The translations under genes were made by a program, and so were the position numbers. From positions 1-64,000 of the forward strand of contig CAVPOC010000008.1 in the NCBI GenBank assembly GCA_963706955.1: a stretch of DNA of 64,000 bases, read 5' to 3'. A model generated the notes under the pieces. It did not search any database, was not told the origin of the DNA, and saw only the letters and a program-made list of their open reading frames with translations. Of this stretch, positions 30,870 to 41,823 are shown piece after piece. Each line of letters begins with the position of its first letter. Position 1 is the first letter of the stretch. The stretch comes from an uncultured Verrucomicrobiae bacterium. Lineage in GTDB: Bacteria > Verrucomicrobiota > Verrucomicrobiia > Chthoniobacterales > Terrimicrobiaceae.

Positions 30870-31277
30870 TCACACGCCGCGTTCACGCCAGAATTTACCG
30901 TTGAGCGGAGGAGCCGGCCCCTTTAAGCCACCCAGTTCCGCCTGGGTCTTTAGGAACGCGTCATAAGCGACGCGGAATTCTTCCTCGCCCAGGCCGGCAA
31001 ATTCCAGGTCCGCCGAAATATCGAGTTCAGTCCCGTCTTGGAACGTTAGCCGCATTGTTGAAACTGGGACCGACATGCGCGTATGAGGGCGGATTATGGC
31101 CTTGCCGTTCTCGAAGATGATGTCTTGTGGTGCGATTTCGGGCTGCACAGGCTGGGCGGCTTTCTTCTTAGCGGCTATCTCGCGTTTCGCCTGCTCCACT
31201 TCTTGCTGAAAAGCCGCCTCTGAGGCGAGTAGATCGGCCTCGCTCGGGATAATTTTCCACGCGGTGTGACTATCCAT
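30870..31277 (-). CDS. hypothetical protein
   Basis: ORF with plausible composition in the second phage-like patch. Confidence 0.5.
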   Translation of the reverse strand: MDSHTAWKIIPSEADLLASEAAFQQEVEQAKREIAAKKKAAQPVQPEIAPQDIIFENGKAIIRPHTRMSVPVSTMRLTFQDGTELDISADLEFAGLGEEEFRVAYDAFLKTQAELGGLKGPAPPLNGKFWRERGV

Positions 31278-31284
31278 CCGGCCT

Positions 31285-31473
31285 TCACCGATTTGTCTTA
31301 AACGCCACATTGCATGGCGGTCCAGTTGCTTCTTCGAAAGACGGAGGAACGCCATGGAACCAGTCTTTGATCCGATCACACAGAACGACGAAGCCGATGA
31401 TTGCCGCGATGCAGACACCGATGGAGCCGAAGACCAGCACGCTGGCGGCGACTTGTTCGATAGTGTTGCTCAT
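31285..31473 (-). CDS. small membrane protein
   Basis: Single hydrophobic segment VAASVLVFGSIGVCIAAIIGFVVLC. Confidence 0.5.
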   Translation of the reverse strand: MSNTIEQVAASVLVFGSIGVCIAAIIGFVVLCDRIKDWFHGVPPSFEEATGPPCNVAFKTNR

Positions 31474-31517
31474 CGTCTTGCTACAAGTAGCATTATGTAG
31501 CATCCCTTGATTCGCAA

Positions 31518-31724
31518 ATGGAGGCCACGTAACCAGTAGAAAAACCGCTCAGCGAGCGTATCAAGGCAACCCGCAAGGTGCTGGGCCTCTCGCGAGTCAA
31601 GGCCGCGAAGAAGTGGAGCATCTCGGCCGCAACGATCCGCGCCTGGGAAGAAGAGAAGCGCAATCCAAGCGGTCTCTACCTTGCGCGGATTACTTGGATA
31701 CTTGGCCGGCTGGAACGGACTTAG
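31518..31724 (+). CDS. XRE/Cro-family HTH protein (5' end disrupted; not in the ORF track)
   Basis: From 31536: EKPLSERIKATRKVLGLSRVKAAKKWSISAATIRAWEEEKRNPSGLYL. Confidence 0.7.
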
Positions 31725-31769
31725 CCGTGAAGCGGTCGGTCAGACTAAATCATCAAGACCGGAATCGAT

Positions 31770-32086
31770 TATGACGAACGAGGAATTAATCCGCACAGTT
31801 TTGGACAGCGCATTGCAGACGCATGGCGAGAAAGGTTTTTTCGTGCGCAGTCTGCGGGAACAACTGCGGAGTCTGGAGCACTTCAAGAAGGTCAAGCCGC
31901 TCCTGGGGACGGAGACGTTTCACATCGGGGGCGAGGGGCGAGGCAAGCGAGGACCCCCAGCTAGGGGAATACCGGGAGGACATGTATGGGAACCCGATCC
32001 TGAGTCCGGAGGAACAGGCGGAAGCGGAGGCGGAGGAGGAAAAGAGGCAACAGGAGGAGTGCGCCAGTCGTCGGGATCGTCCGTGA
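31770..32086 (+). CDS. hypothetical protein, probably frameshifted
   Basis: The MTNEELIRTVLD frame appears to join the acidic C-terminal frame 31823..32086. Confidence 0.35.
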
Positions 32087-32640
32087 GCGCGCTAGAGGGT
32101 AACCATACTCGCGGGATACCTTGATACTTTAACCGCTCGCACGATGCCGGCGGCACCACCGCTTGCTTGGGTAGTTCGAGGAAGGTCCGCATGAGGACGA
32201 TTCGATTCGGATCTTTCGCTTAGCAAGCTCCAAGGCGCGAGAGGTGCAACGGGTTTTTTCGGCTGATAGTGACCGCAAGACGTTGCGGGATCTTGATGCC
32301 TTCGGCGAACAAAAGGGACGCCATGTTCCCGAAGTGTTGTCTCACTTGGCTTTTCCCGGATGCCATCTAGTCATCGGATGCTGATAAATACAGGGACTTC
32401 GGTTAGTGATGGCATGTCACCGCAGCTTTCATACCACCTCAGACGACTTAAGATTATCACGCACTCGTCGACGCGGCAAATTTCCGCCTAGCATAGAGGA
32501 AGCGGAAGGAAGCAAGGCCGCTGGATCCGCCAGCGCATTCGACTGGCGAAGCTGACGCGCTGACAATAACGGTCCCTTCCGTGACCGACTCTCTATTCGG
32601 CTCTCTTGCAAGATTTGACACAGCATTCTAAATTACTTAG

Positions 32641-33063
32641 GTGGGAAAAATGATTCGCGACCATCTTGTTCCCGCGGTTAAAGAGGTATTCCCGAATCTT
32701 GCGTTTAAGATTTCACCTACTTCAAATCCTATTATTTCGCTTTCTTCCAGTTCGGCCGAAATCGGCGATCTCCACATATATGACGATGGAGACCAGGCGA
32801 CGGTTATCATTACTGGGATTGCGCACGGAGATTTCGGTGTCTATGACGAAAATCTCAATACAGAAGAGAAGGAACAAATTATTACAGAAGACGTGATCAG
32901 TTTTCTCGTGACACTATTCTCCGATCGCGTTGTTCTCTACCGAACTTTCTCAAAAGGCATGGGCGGCTGGACCGTTATTGAACAGGGAGTCAAGGACATT
33001 GAATTCATAGCTGGGCGAGAGTATTTTGTTTGGTCTGGTCTTATAACACCGCCTAAAGCCTAA
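32641..33063 (+). CDS. hypothetical protein (AT-richer than flanks)
   Basis: 140-aa ORF with globular-type composition. Confidence 0.65.
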   Translation: MGKMIRDHLVPAVKEVFPNLAFKISPTSNPIISLSSSSAEIGDLHIYDDGDQATVIITGIAHGDFGVYDENLNTEEKEQIITEDVISFLVTLFSDRVVLYRTFSKGMGGWTVIEQGVKDIEFIAGREYFVWSGLITPPKA

Positions 33064-33094
33064 GGGGACTCTCACTATCCCGCCTCGAGTAGGC

Positions 33095-33254
33095 GCTCGT
33101 GGGCAAGACCTACGTCACCCCTCTCGTCACCAAGGGCGCCCGCCGGGCCACGAAGCCTGCCTCGGAGAAGCTTACCTCCCGCCAGCGCGAAAGTGCTGCA
33201 ACTCCTCGCACGAAGGCCGCGCCATGAAGGAAATCGCGGACCGCCTCCAGGTAA
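33095..33254 (+). pseudogene. NarL/LuxR response regulator C-terminal remnant
   Basis: GKTYVTPLVT..EKLTSRQRE/VLQLLA/EGRAMKEIADRLQV across frameshifts. Confidence 0.65.
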
Positions 33255-33432
33255 GAGCTCGCACCGCGGCCTTTCACAAATACACGATCATGTAGATTAC
33301 CGTCCACAGTCCTACGTCCTGGGGTTTCAGTTCGGAAGATGCTATCTGCCTTTCGAAATTTCTGGCGTATTATAATACTGGAATGTGCCTCTGTGACGGA
33401 AAACACGCTATCCCACCAGCCTCCCGCACCGA

Positions 33433-34437
33433 ATGAAAATCACTAACCTGACCACTTCAATCGTTATCGCAATCACTTTCCTGGTAATGTCCCAACTGAT
33501 AATTAGCGCCCGCGCCGCGGACGAGGCCAAAGGGGACACCAAACGCAAGGTGGTAATTGGTTTTATTGCCAAGAGCCTGGCTAATGATGTCTTCCAAGTC
33601 GCTCAGGCCGGTGCTAAAGATGCCGCCCGAGAGCTCGGGCAGAAATACAATGTGGACGTTGAGGTCCAGATCCTGACACCAAATGAGGAAGATGCAGTCA
33701 AACAGGCCGAGGCTCTAGAAGCGCTGACAGGTCGCGCCGATGGCGTTGCAATATCTTGTTCGGACGCAGACACTTTAACGCCATCCATTGATAAGGCCGT
33801 TTCAAAGGGCGTGCCGGTCATGTGTTTCGATTCCGATGCTCCCGAGAGTAAGCGCTTTGCTTTCTATGGAACTGATGACAAGGCGTGTGGTCAGCGAACC
33901 GTGGACCTTCTCGCCAAAGCCATGGGCGAGAAAGGAACGATCGCGATTCTTGCTGGCAATCAGCGCGCCCCCAATCTCCAGAATCGCGTGGCGGGCGCAA
34001 AGGAGGCACTCGCAAATTACCCGAACATGAAACTCAATGAACGGGGCGGGGTTTTCTACCATGCCGAAATTTCCGAAAAGGCAGCGGAGTTTCTCCAAAA
34101 CGTACAGGCTGCCCATCCTGAAATCGAGGGGTGGGCGATGCTCGGCGGCTGGCCATTGTTCACAGCGGATGCCTTAAAATGGCCGGCTGGTTCCATCAAA
34201 GTCGTGGCGGTTGATGCGCTTCCGTCGGAACTCGAATATGTAAAGAAGGGATACGTTGAGGCCCTAATCGCACAAGATTGCTACGGCTGGGGAACCAAAT
34301 CGATCGATATTCTCCTTAACAAGATCGTCAACGACCAGACTCCGCCGGAGGTGAAGCTTATAGATCCGCTGACGCTCGTCACTAAGGAGAATGTGGATTC
34401 CTATGGTGAGAATTGGAAGAAGTTGCTCCAGAAATAG
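33433..34437 (+). CDS. sugar ABC transporter substrate-binding protein (RbsB-like)
   Basis: Signal peptide, IAKSLANDVF, GVPVMCFDSD, YGTDD, VVAVDAL, IAQDCYGWG. Confidence 0.88.
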   Translation: MKITNLTTSIVIAITFLVMSQLIISARAADEAKGDTKRKVVIGFIAKSLANDVFQVAQAGAKDAARELGQKYNVDVEVQILTPNEEDAVKQAEALEALTGRADGVAISCSDADTLTPSIDKAVSKGVPVMCFDSDAPESKRFAFYGTDDKACGQRTVDLLAKAMGEKGTIAILAGNQRAPNLQNRVAGAKEALANYPNMKLNERGGVFYHAEISEKAAEFLQNVQAAHPEIEGWAMLGGWPLFTADALKWPAGSIKVVAVDALPSELEYVKKGYVEALIAQDCYGWGTKSIDILLNKIVNDQTPPEVKLIDPLTLVTKENVDSYGENWKKLLQK

Positions 34438-34508
34438 GCCGTCTTACGGGCAGTTTCATTCGCGGATGGGAAGCGCGACAGTTTGGCACTGCCTCAACTT
34501 TGAACTGC

Positions 34509-34790
34509 ATGCGCAAACAAGTCGAAATTGTCAACAAGCTCGGGCTGCACGCGCGACCGGCGGCGCTGTTTGTCCGGTACGTACTCAGGTTCAAGAGCAT
34601 AATCACGATTTGCAAAGGTGAGGAGAATTTTTCAGCCGCCAGCTTACTGGAAGTGCTGACCGCCAATTTAAATTGTGGCGACCGTGTCGTGCTGGAGGCG
34701 ATCGGGCCCGATGAACAGGAGGCACTTAATGAGCTTGAAGCATTGCTGCTTCGTTTTCCCGATGAAGAGGGCGGCGCTCAGGGGAACTGA
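34509..34790 (+). CDS. HPr-family phosphocarrier protein
   Basis: NKLGLHARPAA (His15 motif), AASLLEVL (Ser46 region), AIGPDEQEAL. Confidence 0.88.
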   Translation: MRKQVEIVNKLGLHARPAALFVRYVLRFKSIITICKGEENFSAASLLEVLTANLNCGDRVVLEAIGPDEQEALNELEALLLRFPDEEGGAQGN

Positions 34791-34808
34791 GGCTAGCCAA
34801 GAAAACTC

Positions 34809-35099
34809 TTACGTGGGAATTTGATCAAGTCCATCGCCGAGAGTTCGAGAGAAGATCCGCTTCAGAGTTTTTTCCCAGTCTCTCTGCCCGCAGTCGAAAG
34901 CATAGCGATTTATCTTCTCAATTAAATGAACAGGAAGCACTAGGATTTTGGTATGCGGATCGGTGTTATCTTGAAGGGTCAACAACAGCCTCTGGAATCC
35001 TCCTTCACTACGCGATGCCGGGTCTGGTTGCATCAGCGCGTCAAACTCGTCGTCGTTTAACGAAAGGGAGATGGCATTTGGCACCATGTTACGTATCAA
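34809..35099 (-). CDS. hypothetical protein
   Basis: 96-aa ORF (GGFQRLLLTLQ..INRYAFD..WEKTLKRIFSRTLG); family not named. Confidence 0.6.
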   Translation of the reverse strand: MIRNMVPNAISLSLNDDEFDALMQPDPASRSEGGFQRLLLTLQDNTDPHTKILVLPVHLIEKINRYAFDCGQRDWEKTLKRIFSRTLGDGLDQIPT

Positions 35100-35127
35100 T
35101 TAAGGCTGTCCCTGAAGAGGCATCAAG

Positions 35128-35285
35128 TCACATTTGACGCGACCGGCTGAACACCACGTCATAATTGGAATTCGTTTCCCGCCGCACTTGAGAGTGATGA
35201 ATGCCGTGCATTCGGGGCGTGACGAGAAATCGGTTCAGCCAGCGTTCCAGGCGAATGGGTAGCCGCAGATTGCTGTGGTGGAGAT
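35128..35285 (-). pseudogene. sterol desaturase/fatty-acid hydroxylase remnant
   Basis: LHHSNLRLP..FLVTPRMHGIHHS..ETNSNY histidine boxes only. Confidence 0.75.
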
Positions 35286-35289
35286 CGGC

Positions 35290-36942
35290 ATGACCGGGTG
35301 GGACTGGAGAGACTGGGCGGGCTGGGCCGGTTTCAACGACGGCAGCGTCAACGGAGGGTCCGGAAACTGGTCGGCGGGGATCTGGCTCACCGCACGGCAG
35401 ATGGCCCGGTTCGGCCATCTCTTTCTCAACCGGGGCAATTGGGCCGGACAGCAATTGATCAGCGCCTCCTGGGTGGATCAGGCCACGTCCCCACAAGTGG
35501 CTCAGAACCTGCCTCGGGGCGCCAGCAGCACGGATCTCAACGGACCCGGAAACTACGGCTTCAACTGGTGGACGAGCGGCGTCCGGTCCGACGGGAGCCG
35601 CATGTGGCCGGCCGCGCCGAACGGCACGTACGCCGCGGGCGGGCTGAACGTCAATGTCTGCTTCGTGATTCCCGAATGGAACATGGTCATCGTCCGCCAG
35701 GGAATGTCGTGGAGAGGCGATCAAATTGATCCGGTCCTGAGCACCTTCCTCGGAAAGGTCGGTGCCGCCCTGGGAACGGCGCCTCCACCGACGGCGCCTC
35801 CACCGACGGACGCCGTCACGAGCTTCACGCTGGTGAATGCGGATACGGATCAGGATCTCGGGGTCCTGGCCGACGGGGCCGTGATCGACCTGACGACGCT
35901 GCCGACCCGGAACCTCAATGTCCGAGCTAATACGTCCCCGTCGCCCGTCGGGAGCGTCCGATTTGTGCTGGACGGAAACGCCGCGATCGAGAACGCCGCG
36001 CCGTACACCCTGGCCGGCGATGCGGGAGGCAACTACAATCCCTGGACCCCCACCGTGACGTCGCACATCCTCACAACAACCCCCTATTCCGGGGCCGGCG
36101 CTACAGGAGCGGCAGGAAACTCCTTGACGGTCCACTTCACCGTCACCGAGAGCGCCTCCAGCTACCGCATCGGCCTGAGCCATGACGGCAACCAGCACGA
36201 TTCGGACGACATCCTCTCCATTGCGATGGGACTGGCCGTCATCGTCGAGTCTGGGCTGGCGCCGAGGCTCGTCCATTGCGACTACAACAACCATCTGGGC
36301 GACAACAATCCGTCCATGGCCGCGGAGATGGCGGCGAGCGCCAACGAGGCTGCCCAGCGATGGGGCATCCCGTCGTCCGTGCTGTTCGACTGCCAGCAGA
36401 ACCTGACCGGAGCGGTCAACAGCATCCGGGACGCCATCAACGCCTCTTCATCGGCCAACCGGTTCTATCTCGTTTGCGCGGGTCCGATGGAGGTGGCCTG
36501 GCGCGGCATCAACGCGTCCGACCCCGCCAAGAGGCAATACTGCACGGCGATCTCGCACAGCCTGTGGAACGACGAGCATGCCGACACTCCGCAGATGACC
36601 CACACGTGGTCGTCGATCCAGTCGAGCGGCGTCCAGACGATCCACATCCAGGATCAGAATCCCGGCCTTCAGACGGGCCTCGCGAACTGGACGTGGCTGC
36701 GCGACTCGGGCGTTCGGTGGGCCTGGCTCTACGGCCGGAACGACGCCGCCTACGCGAACCTGGGGCTCTTCGACTGCTCCGACGCCGGGATGGTCTACTA
36801 CGTCCTTACGGGTCCCTCCGACATGGCCGCCGATCCGGCGAAGATCCGATACCTCTTCACGACCGGCCCGGGGGGGCTTCGAGGAGGGCGCCGGAGGCCC
36901 GGTGGTGACGTCCCTGACGCTCGTGCAAGGCGCCGCCTTTGA
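35290..36942 (+). pseudogene. internal fragment of a GC-rich multidomain protein (serine hydrolase C-half, beta-rich domain, further domain)
   Basis: LTARQMARFGHLFLNRGNWAGQQLISASWV and YGFNWW (class C beta-lactamase-like, SxxK half missing); VTSFTLVNADTD domain; a second copy begins (PVVTSLTLV) at ~36900 and is cut off. Confidence 0.7.
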
Positions 36943-37360
36943 CTATCACTCATCCGTCTTCAAGCAAGAATGCGGCGTTCTGGGCCTTGTAGCTGAACAT
37001 GGCTTGGTACCCGCATGACTCCTCGTCGCGAAGTTTTCGTTCACGAAGCAGGCCATTTAGTAATCGGTCTCCGGCTCGGCATTCGCGAGCAGGGAATCGT
37101 GTTCGCTGGGGTTCGGGCAAGCGAGGCAGCAAATGGCGGAGTGAAGCCGCCGTTCTTTCAAGGAAATCTCTCCCAGTTCATCCTCACGTAGTAGAGTTCC
37201 TTGCCTGGTCGTTTGTAAGGTTTGCACCGAGTGAGACGACTGTAGAGTGGATGAATTGTCTCCAGACATCTCGGGCGCCAATTCTGCTGCAGACTTCTCT
37301 GAGAGTTCCTAGCCGAGACGAGCTTGCGAGCCGATTTTTCAGAAGGTCGAGGTGACAGAA

Positions 37361-37660
37361 ATGCTGCGACGTGCTCTTGAATCGCTTTGGGCCTTACAGC
37401 GTCTGACGTGTCGAGAAGCCACTCGACTCGCAGCCCATGCAATGGACCGGCCGTTGACGCTTGGCGAGCGCCTCCAGCTGTCCTCGCACAACCTGCTTTG
37501 CAGCTATTGCAGGAACTACGCTCGCCAGCTTCGTTTCTTGCGCAAGTGGGTGCGACATGACAATAGTCGCAATGCCGGCTCCCCGGAACCCCGAATCCCA
37601 AAGGCCTCGGCTTCCCGCATCAAAATGAGACTCGAGCGCGAAATCTCACGTGCCCAATGA
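37361..37660 (+). CDS. zf-HC2 anti-sigma-like protein (no adjacent sigma factor recognised)
   Basis: LTCREATRL..LTLGERLQLSSHNLLCSYCRNY (HxxxCxxC). Confidence 0.8.
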   Translation: MLRRALESLWALQRLTCREATRLAAHAMDRPLTLGERLQLSSHNLLCSYCRNYARQLRFLRKWVRHDNSRNAGSPEPRIPKASASRIKMRLEREISRAQ

Positions 37661-37731
37661 GCCTCTGCCTAAGGCGACAGTCATCATACCTATCTCGTCA
37701 GACCCCCAACGGGCTCGGCGAGAACAAAGGG

Positions 37732-37799
37732 GATCCCGCGCTCACCGTCATCTCCAATGCCCTGCGTTTGGCGATCATTTGCTAGGCCGAGTGAACTGA
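37732..37799 (+). pseudogene. GMC oxidoreductase extreme C-terminal remnant
   Basis: PALTVISNALR./GDHLLGRVN*. Confidence 0.45.
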
Positions 37800-38124
37800 A
37801 AAGTGATTCCGGCGACGCTACTGTCCGGCTGTTCAGTGCCTGGGAAGCCAAATCTCGTAGTTTCCCGGATCGAGATCGTTCGAGTTAGAAACGCTGATCA
37901 AGTTCGGTTCTTCGCCTGTGAATCTCTTGACTGTCTCGGCCAGTCCGCTCAGAAAAGGCTCTTCATTGGCGTTTTTTGAGAAACGAATCTCCAGATTCTC
38001 GGGAGTAGTCAATTTAGCCTCTTTGGCGTTACTTAAACGTCAACACCCTGGACGGTGATTCCTTTCTCCTCAAGCGCCTGAGCCAGCTTCTCGCCCAGCA
38101 TTAGCTGAGAGTCATCGGCGGCGA

Positions 38125-39042
38125 CTATGAAAATGGGAGGTATGCGCTTTTGCCCTTCGTCAGCTCTTCCGGCAACGGCTTCCCCGAATTAAGTGATTGT
38201 ATGGCTGATTCGGCTATCACCCGGAGCGCAGTCCTCGGACTCGAAATCACGAACATATTCAGTTGATCACTGACAAACTTTGAAAGCTCGGCAGAACGGT
38301 TGGCGAGGTCTACCACACCTGTGGCAATCTCCTGAAGGCGACGGTAGTCTTGCACAAGGCTGAGCAGGGCCAGCTTTATCTGAAGCCCAACGCGGATTTG
38401 CTTTTGATCGGGATTCCCCCCTGCCTTGTTATTGATAAAGCTCCAAGTTCGGTCCATAGCCGATAGCTCGGTAATCAGCGCTTTCCTATAAGATTCATCG
38501 GCTTCGACTAGCGTATGAATGTCGAGCATTAGTTGCCTCCTTAAGACTTCGACTTCTGTCACGGTTGGAATCAGGCTCGAAATGCCCCGCACCATCAGAG
38601 GCTTGAGCTCTTGCTGGTAAGTCTGTTGCGCGAGTAGCTGTGGCATCATTCGAAGGGCATCGAGCCTGACGGTCTCATTGGTTGCATTGGCAGCCACCGT
38701 CGACAAGACACTAACGGTCATCTCCGGGGAGATGCGTCCTGATGCGAGCAAATGGTCCACATAGAAAATACAATACTGCTGCTTAATCGGATCTTTGTCG
38801 AATGCGTCGGCCAGGAGCTTCCGCGTCTGCTCCATCTGCCGCTCCCCTTCCATACTAAAAAAGGTCAGAATAGTGATCAACGTGCCCGCGACCGACAAAA
38901 CGACCGGAACCGAGATCTTCTGAATCAGATCAAGGAGCGAGAACTTCGGCTTCGGCTCCTTGATGACGTCTCCACAGTGAGGACAAGTGTTGGCGTTTTC
39001 GGATATTTCGCCGCCACATTCTTTGCATTGCACCATCGCCAT
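38125..39042 (-). CDS. zinc-ribbon membrane protein with helical C-terminal region
   Basis: CKECGGEISENANTCPHCG followed by one TM helix. Confidence 0.75.
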   Translation of the reverse strand: MAMVQCKECGGEISENANTCPHCGDVIKEPKPKFSLLDLIQKISVPVVLSVAGTLITILTFFSMEGERQMEQTRKLLADAFDKDPIKQQYCIFYVDHLLASGRISPEMTVSVLSTVAANATNETVRLDALRMMPQLLAQQTYQQELKPLMVRGISSLIPTVTEVEVLRRQLMLDIHTLVEADESYRKALITELSAMDRTWSFINNKAGGNPDQKQIRVGLQIKLALLSLVQDYRRLQEIATGVVDLANRSAELSKFVSDQLNMFVISSPRTALRVIAESAIQSLNSGKPLPEELTKGKSAYLPFS

Positions 39043-39474
39043 AACAAACTTGTTGAAGAGTATCAATGTGAGTTGCGTTTGTCTCTCGACAACCTCGACA
39101 TGACTGGGATTGGAATTGCGAGAGTGTCGGCAACGCTTCTGTATGCAACCAATGCATCAGTGGCACACCCCGGATGTCATTGCCAATGCGATCCAGGAAG
39201 TGAAGACCCCTTGCGCTGAGCCACTTATATCGAAGTGTTCGAAGCGACCGGTTCGCCTACAGCGCAGCGGCGCTCTATAGGCGCCGAAATGCTCCGCCTG
39301 CCTGTTTCGCCGTGCCAATCGCCAATCGACCGCGCCGCCGAGTCATCGTCACGGCACGCGAAAACATGCTTCAGCTTCACCGCGTAGATGGCTCGCTCGC
39401 CGCGAAGACCCTCTGCTCTCCAAGTGTAAGAAAACGGGGAGATTCCCGACTCATCAAACAACCAACGACGCATT

Positions 39475-40011
39475 ATGAAATCCCAACAACTCACTGATCT
39501 CGCCCGCGCGGGCTACGAGCTACTCATCGCGGGCGCTTCAAGTTTGAAATCGCCCTTTCTGCTTATTGTCCGGCTCTATTGGGGCTGGCAGATGTTTGTG
39601 TCCGGCCGCGCGCACTTGTCCGACGTCCCGGCAATGGTGGAGCGCTTTCAGGAATGGGGCGTGCCGTTCCCGACTTTCAACGTTTATGTCTCCGGCCTCA
39701 CGGAGTGTGCGTGCGGTCTCCTGTTGCTCGTGGGTTTCGCCTCGCGGCTAACCACCATTCCTCTCATCGTCAACTTTTGCGTCGCATATCTTACGGCAAG
39801 CCGGGAGGTCCTACTAAACGTGTTTAGCGACCCTGACGCATTCGTTTCCGATGCCGCATTTCTCTTCCTGCTCGCCTCTGTGATCGTCTTCATCTTCGGG
39901 CCGGGTGCGTTCTCGGTGGACGCCGTTCTCAAAAAACTGTTCGTTGCACCGCGCAAGAAGGAGGGCGAAGCCATTGCCGCCGCTTCACCTCTTCCCCAGA
40001 CCATCTGGTAA
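39475..40011 (+). CDS. DoxX family membrane protein
   Basis: LLIVRLYWGW, ECACGLLLLVGFASR, GPGAFSVD. Confidence 0.88.
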   Translation: MKSQQLTDLARAGYELLIAGASSLKSPFLLIVRLYWGWQMFVSGRAHLSDVPAMVERFQEWGVPFPTFNVYVSGLTECACGLLLLVGFASRLTTIPLIVNFCVAYLTASREVLLNVFSDPDAFVSDAAFLFLLASVIVFIFGPGAFSVDAVLKKLFVAPRKKEGEAIAAASPLPQTIW

Positions 40012-40434
40012 GCTACGGAGTCTGCACTGAACAAACTTTGAACGAAGGACGATCTGCAAATCTTACAGACCGGCCGAAGAACGAAGGGCGCACCGTGCTT
40101 CACGCACTGGGCGCTGGAGTGGCTTGCGGCCTTTGGGGATGCTCGCGCGGGGCAGGCCATCGCTCAGGACTGCGCCGCCGGCGCCAGCGGGTTGCGCACA
40201 CCGGTGATCCGCTCCCGCGTCACCGCCACGTAGTTTGCCGTCGTGGCAAACTGGGCGTGGCCGAGGCAGCTTGAGCGTCGGCAGATCGTCGGCCATCCTC
40301 CAGCAGATGCGTGGCAAAACTATGGCGCAGACAATGGATGCCGCCGCGGTTGGGCAGGCAAAGAACCCCAATTTCCTTTCTGTTTGCCGAACGCAAAGGT
40401 CAATGACGGGAGCCAGCCGTCGATGACGTTCGGT

Positions 40435-41823
40435 TTATCCCCTCGGTTTAATGTTCTGGTTCAGATGGAACAGATTGTCCGGATCGTACTGCTTTTTGAT
40501 CTGTGCCAAGCGATCATAGTTGGCGCCGTAAGCGGCGGCCACCCGATCGCTTTCTTCTTCCGTCATAAAGTTCACGTAGGCACCATCGGAGGCGTATGGG
40601 GCAGAGGCTTGGAAAAACGCGCGTGCCCAAGCGATACACCGCTCATCGTCTCTCATCTCATCCCATCGCCCGTGAACGTTGAGCACAAACTTTGCGTCCC
40701 GATGACGATATGCCATGGCATCTGCCGAAACGCGATTGGCTGCGCCTGCGATAAGCCCGATGAAAATCTCGCACTGCGGCGAAGGCAGCTTGCCGGCGAA
40801 CTCGATCATAGAGTTCAGCGCGCCATCACCGAGTTCTGTAAAATTATGGGATTTCCAATAGTTTCTCGCGCCAGGTGTAAGCAGAGGATCAAAGGCTTTC
40901 TCCCACTGCGTGTAGGGCTGAGCACCGACGTGTTCGCCGTGGGGGTGCCAAAACGGAGCAGCGGCTCAATCATTTTCCTGCCTTGAACAACATCCCCGGT
41001 GTAGAAGATGGGAAGCACGACCACCTCTTTGCCATGCACCTCTCCGGGAAGAAACGGCAGGGGCGGAGCCTTGCGCAATACCACCCACACATTGAGTTCC
41101 TCAGGTGCCGACTCCACAAATTCGCGATACTGCGTCAGCACCTGCTTTGCCTGGTCGAACGGAAAAACAATCAATCCAGCCAGAATTTCGGGACCGACCG
41201 CATGAAGCTTGAATTCGAATTGAGTAACAACCGCAAAATTACCGCCGCCTCCTCGAATTGCCCAAAATAGGTCGGCGTTTTCCTGTTCGCTGGCTCGGAA
41301 TTTCTTGCCGTCCGCAGTGACCACGTCTGCAGACACCAAATTGTCGACGGTCATGCCGTATTTGCGCGTCAACCAACCGAATCCGCCGCCCAGCGTCAGC
41401 CCGGCGATCCCGGTGGTGGAAATTGATTCCTACCGGCGTAGCCAGCCCATGGGCCTGTGTCGCTTCATCGAGATCGGCCAGTGTCGCACCAGGTTCGACA
41501 TAGGCGCGCTTCTTCTCTGCATCAACGCGTACGTTCCTCATCGTTGAAAAGTCGATCATTACGCCGTTGTCGCACAAAGCGTTCCCCGCAATGTTATGTC
41601 CCGCGCCTCGAATCGATATCTCCAGTCCGTTCTCGCGTGCGAACCAGATGGCATGCGGAACGTCATTGGCCTGTGCACATCGCACGATGAGAGCAGGCCG
41701 CCGATCGATCATCGCATTCCATATTTCGCGAACCTCGTCATAGTTCCCATCACCCGGCAGAACGATCTGACCTTTCACCTTGCTCGCAAGATTCTCGGTC
41801 GCCTTTTTAGGTATGTTTACCAT
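40435..41823 (-). pseudogene. FAD-binding oxidoreductase with BBE domain (two frameshifts)
   Basis: IRGAGHNIAG, DLFWAIRGGGGNF and YGANYDRLAQIKKQYDPDNLFHLNQNI in three frames. Confidence 0.88.

Noticed and set aside
35128..36294. 388-aa minus-strand ORF as a real gene
   Set aside because: Mostly the antisense shadow of the GC-rich plus-strand fragment; only the last ~50 aa (desaturase remnant) look genuine.
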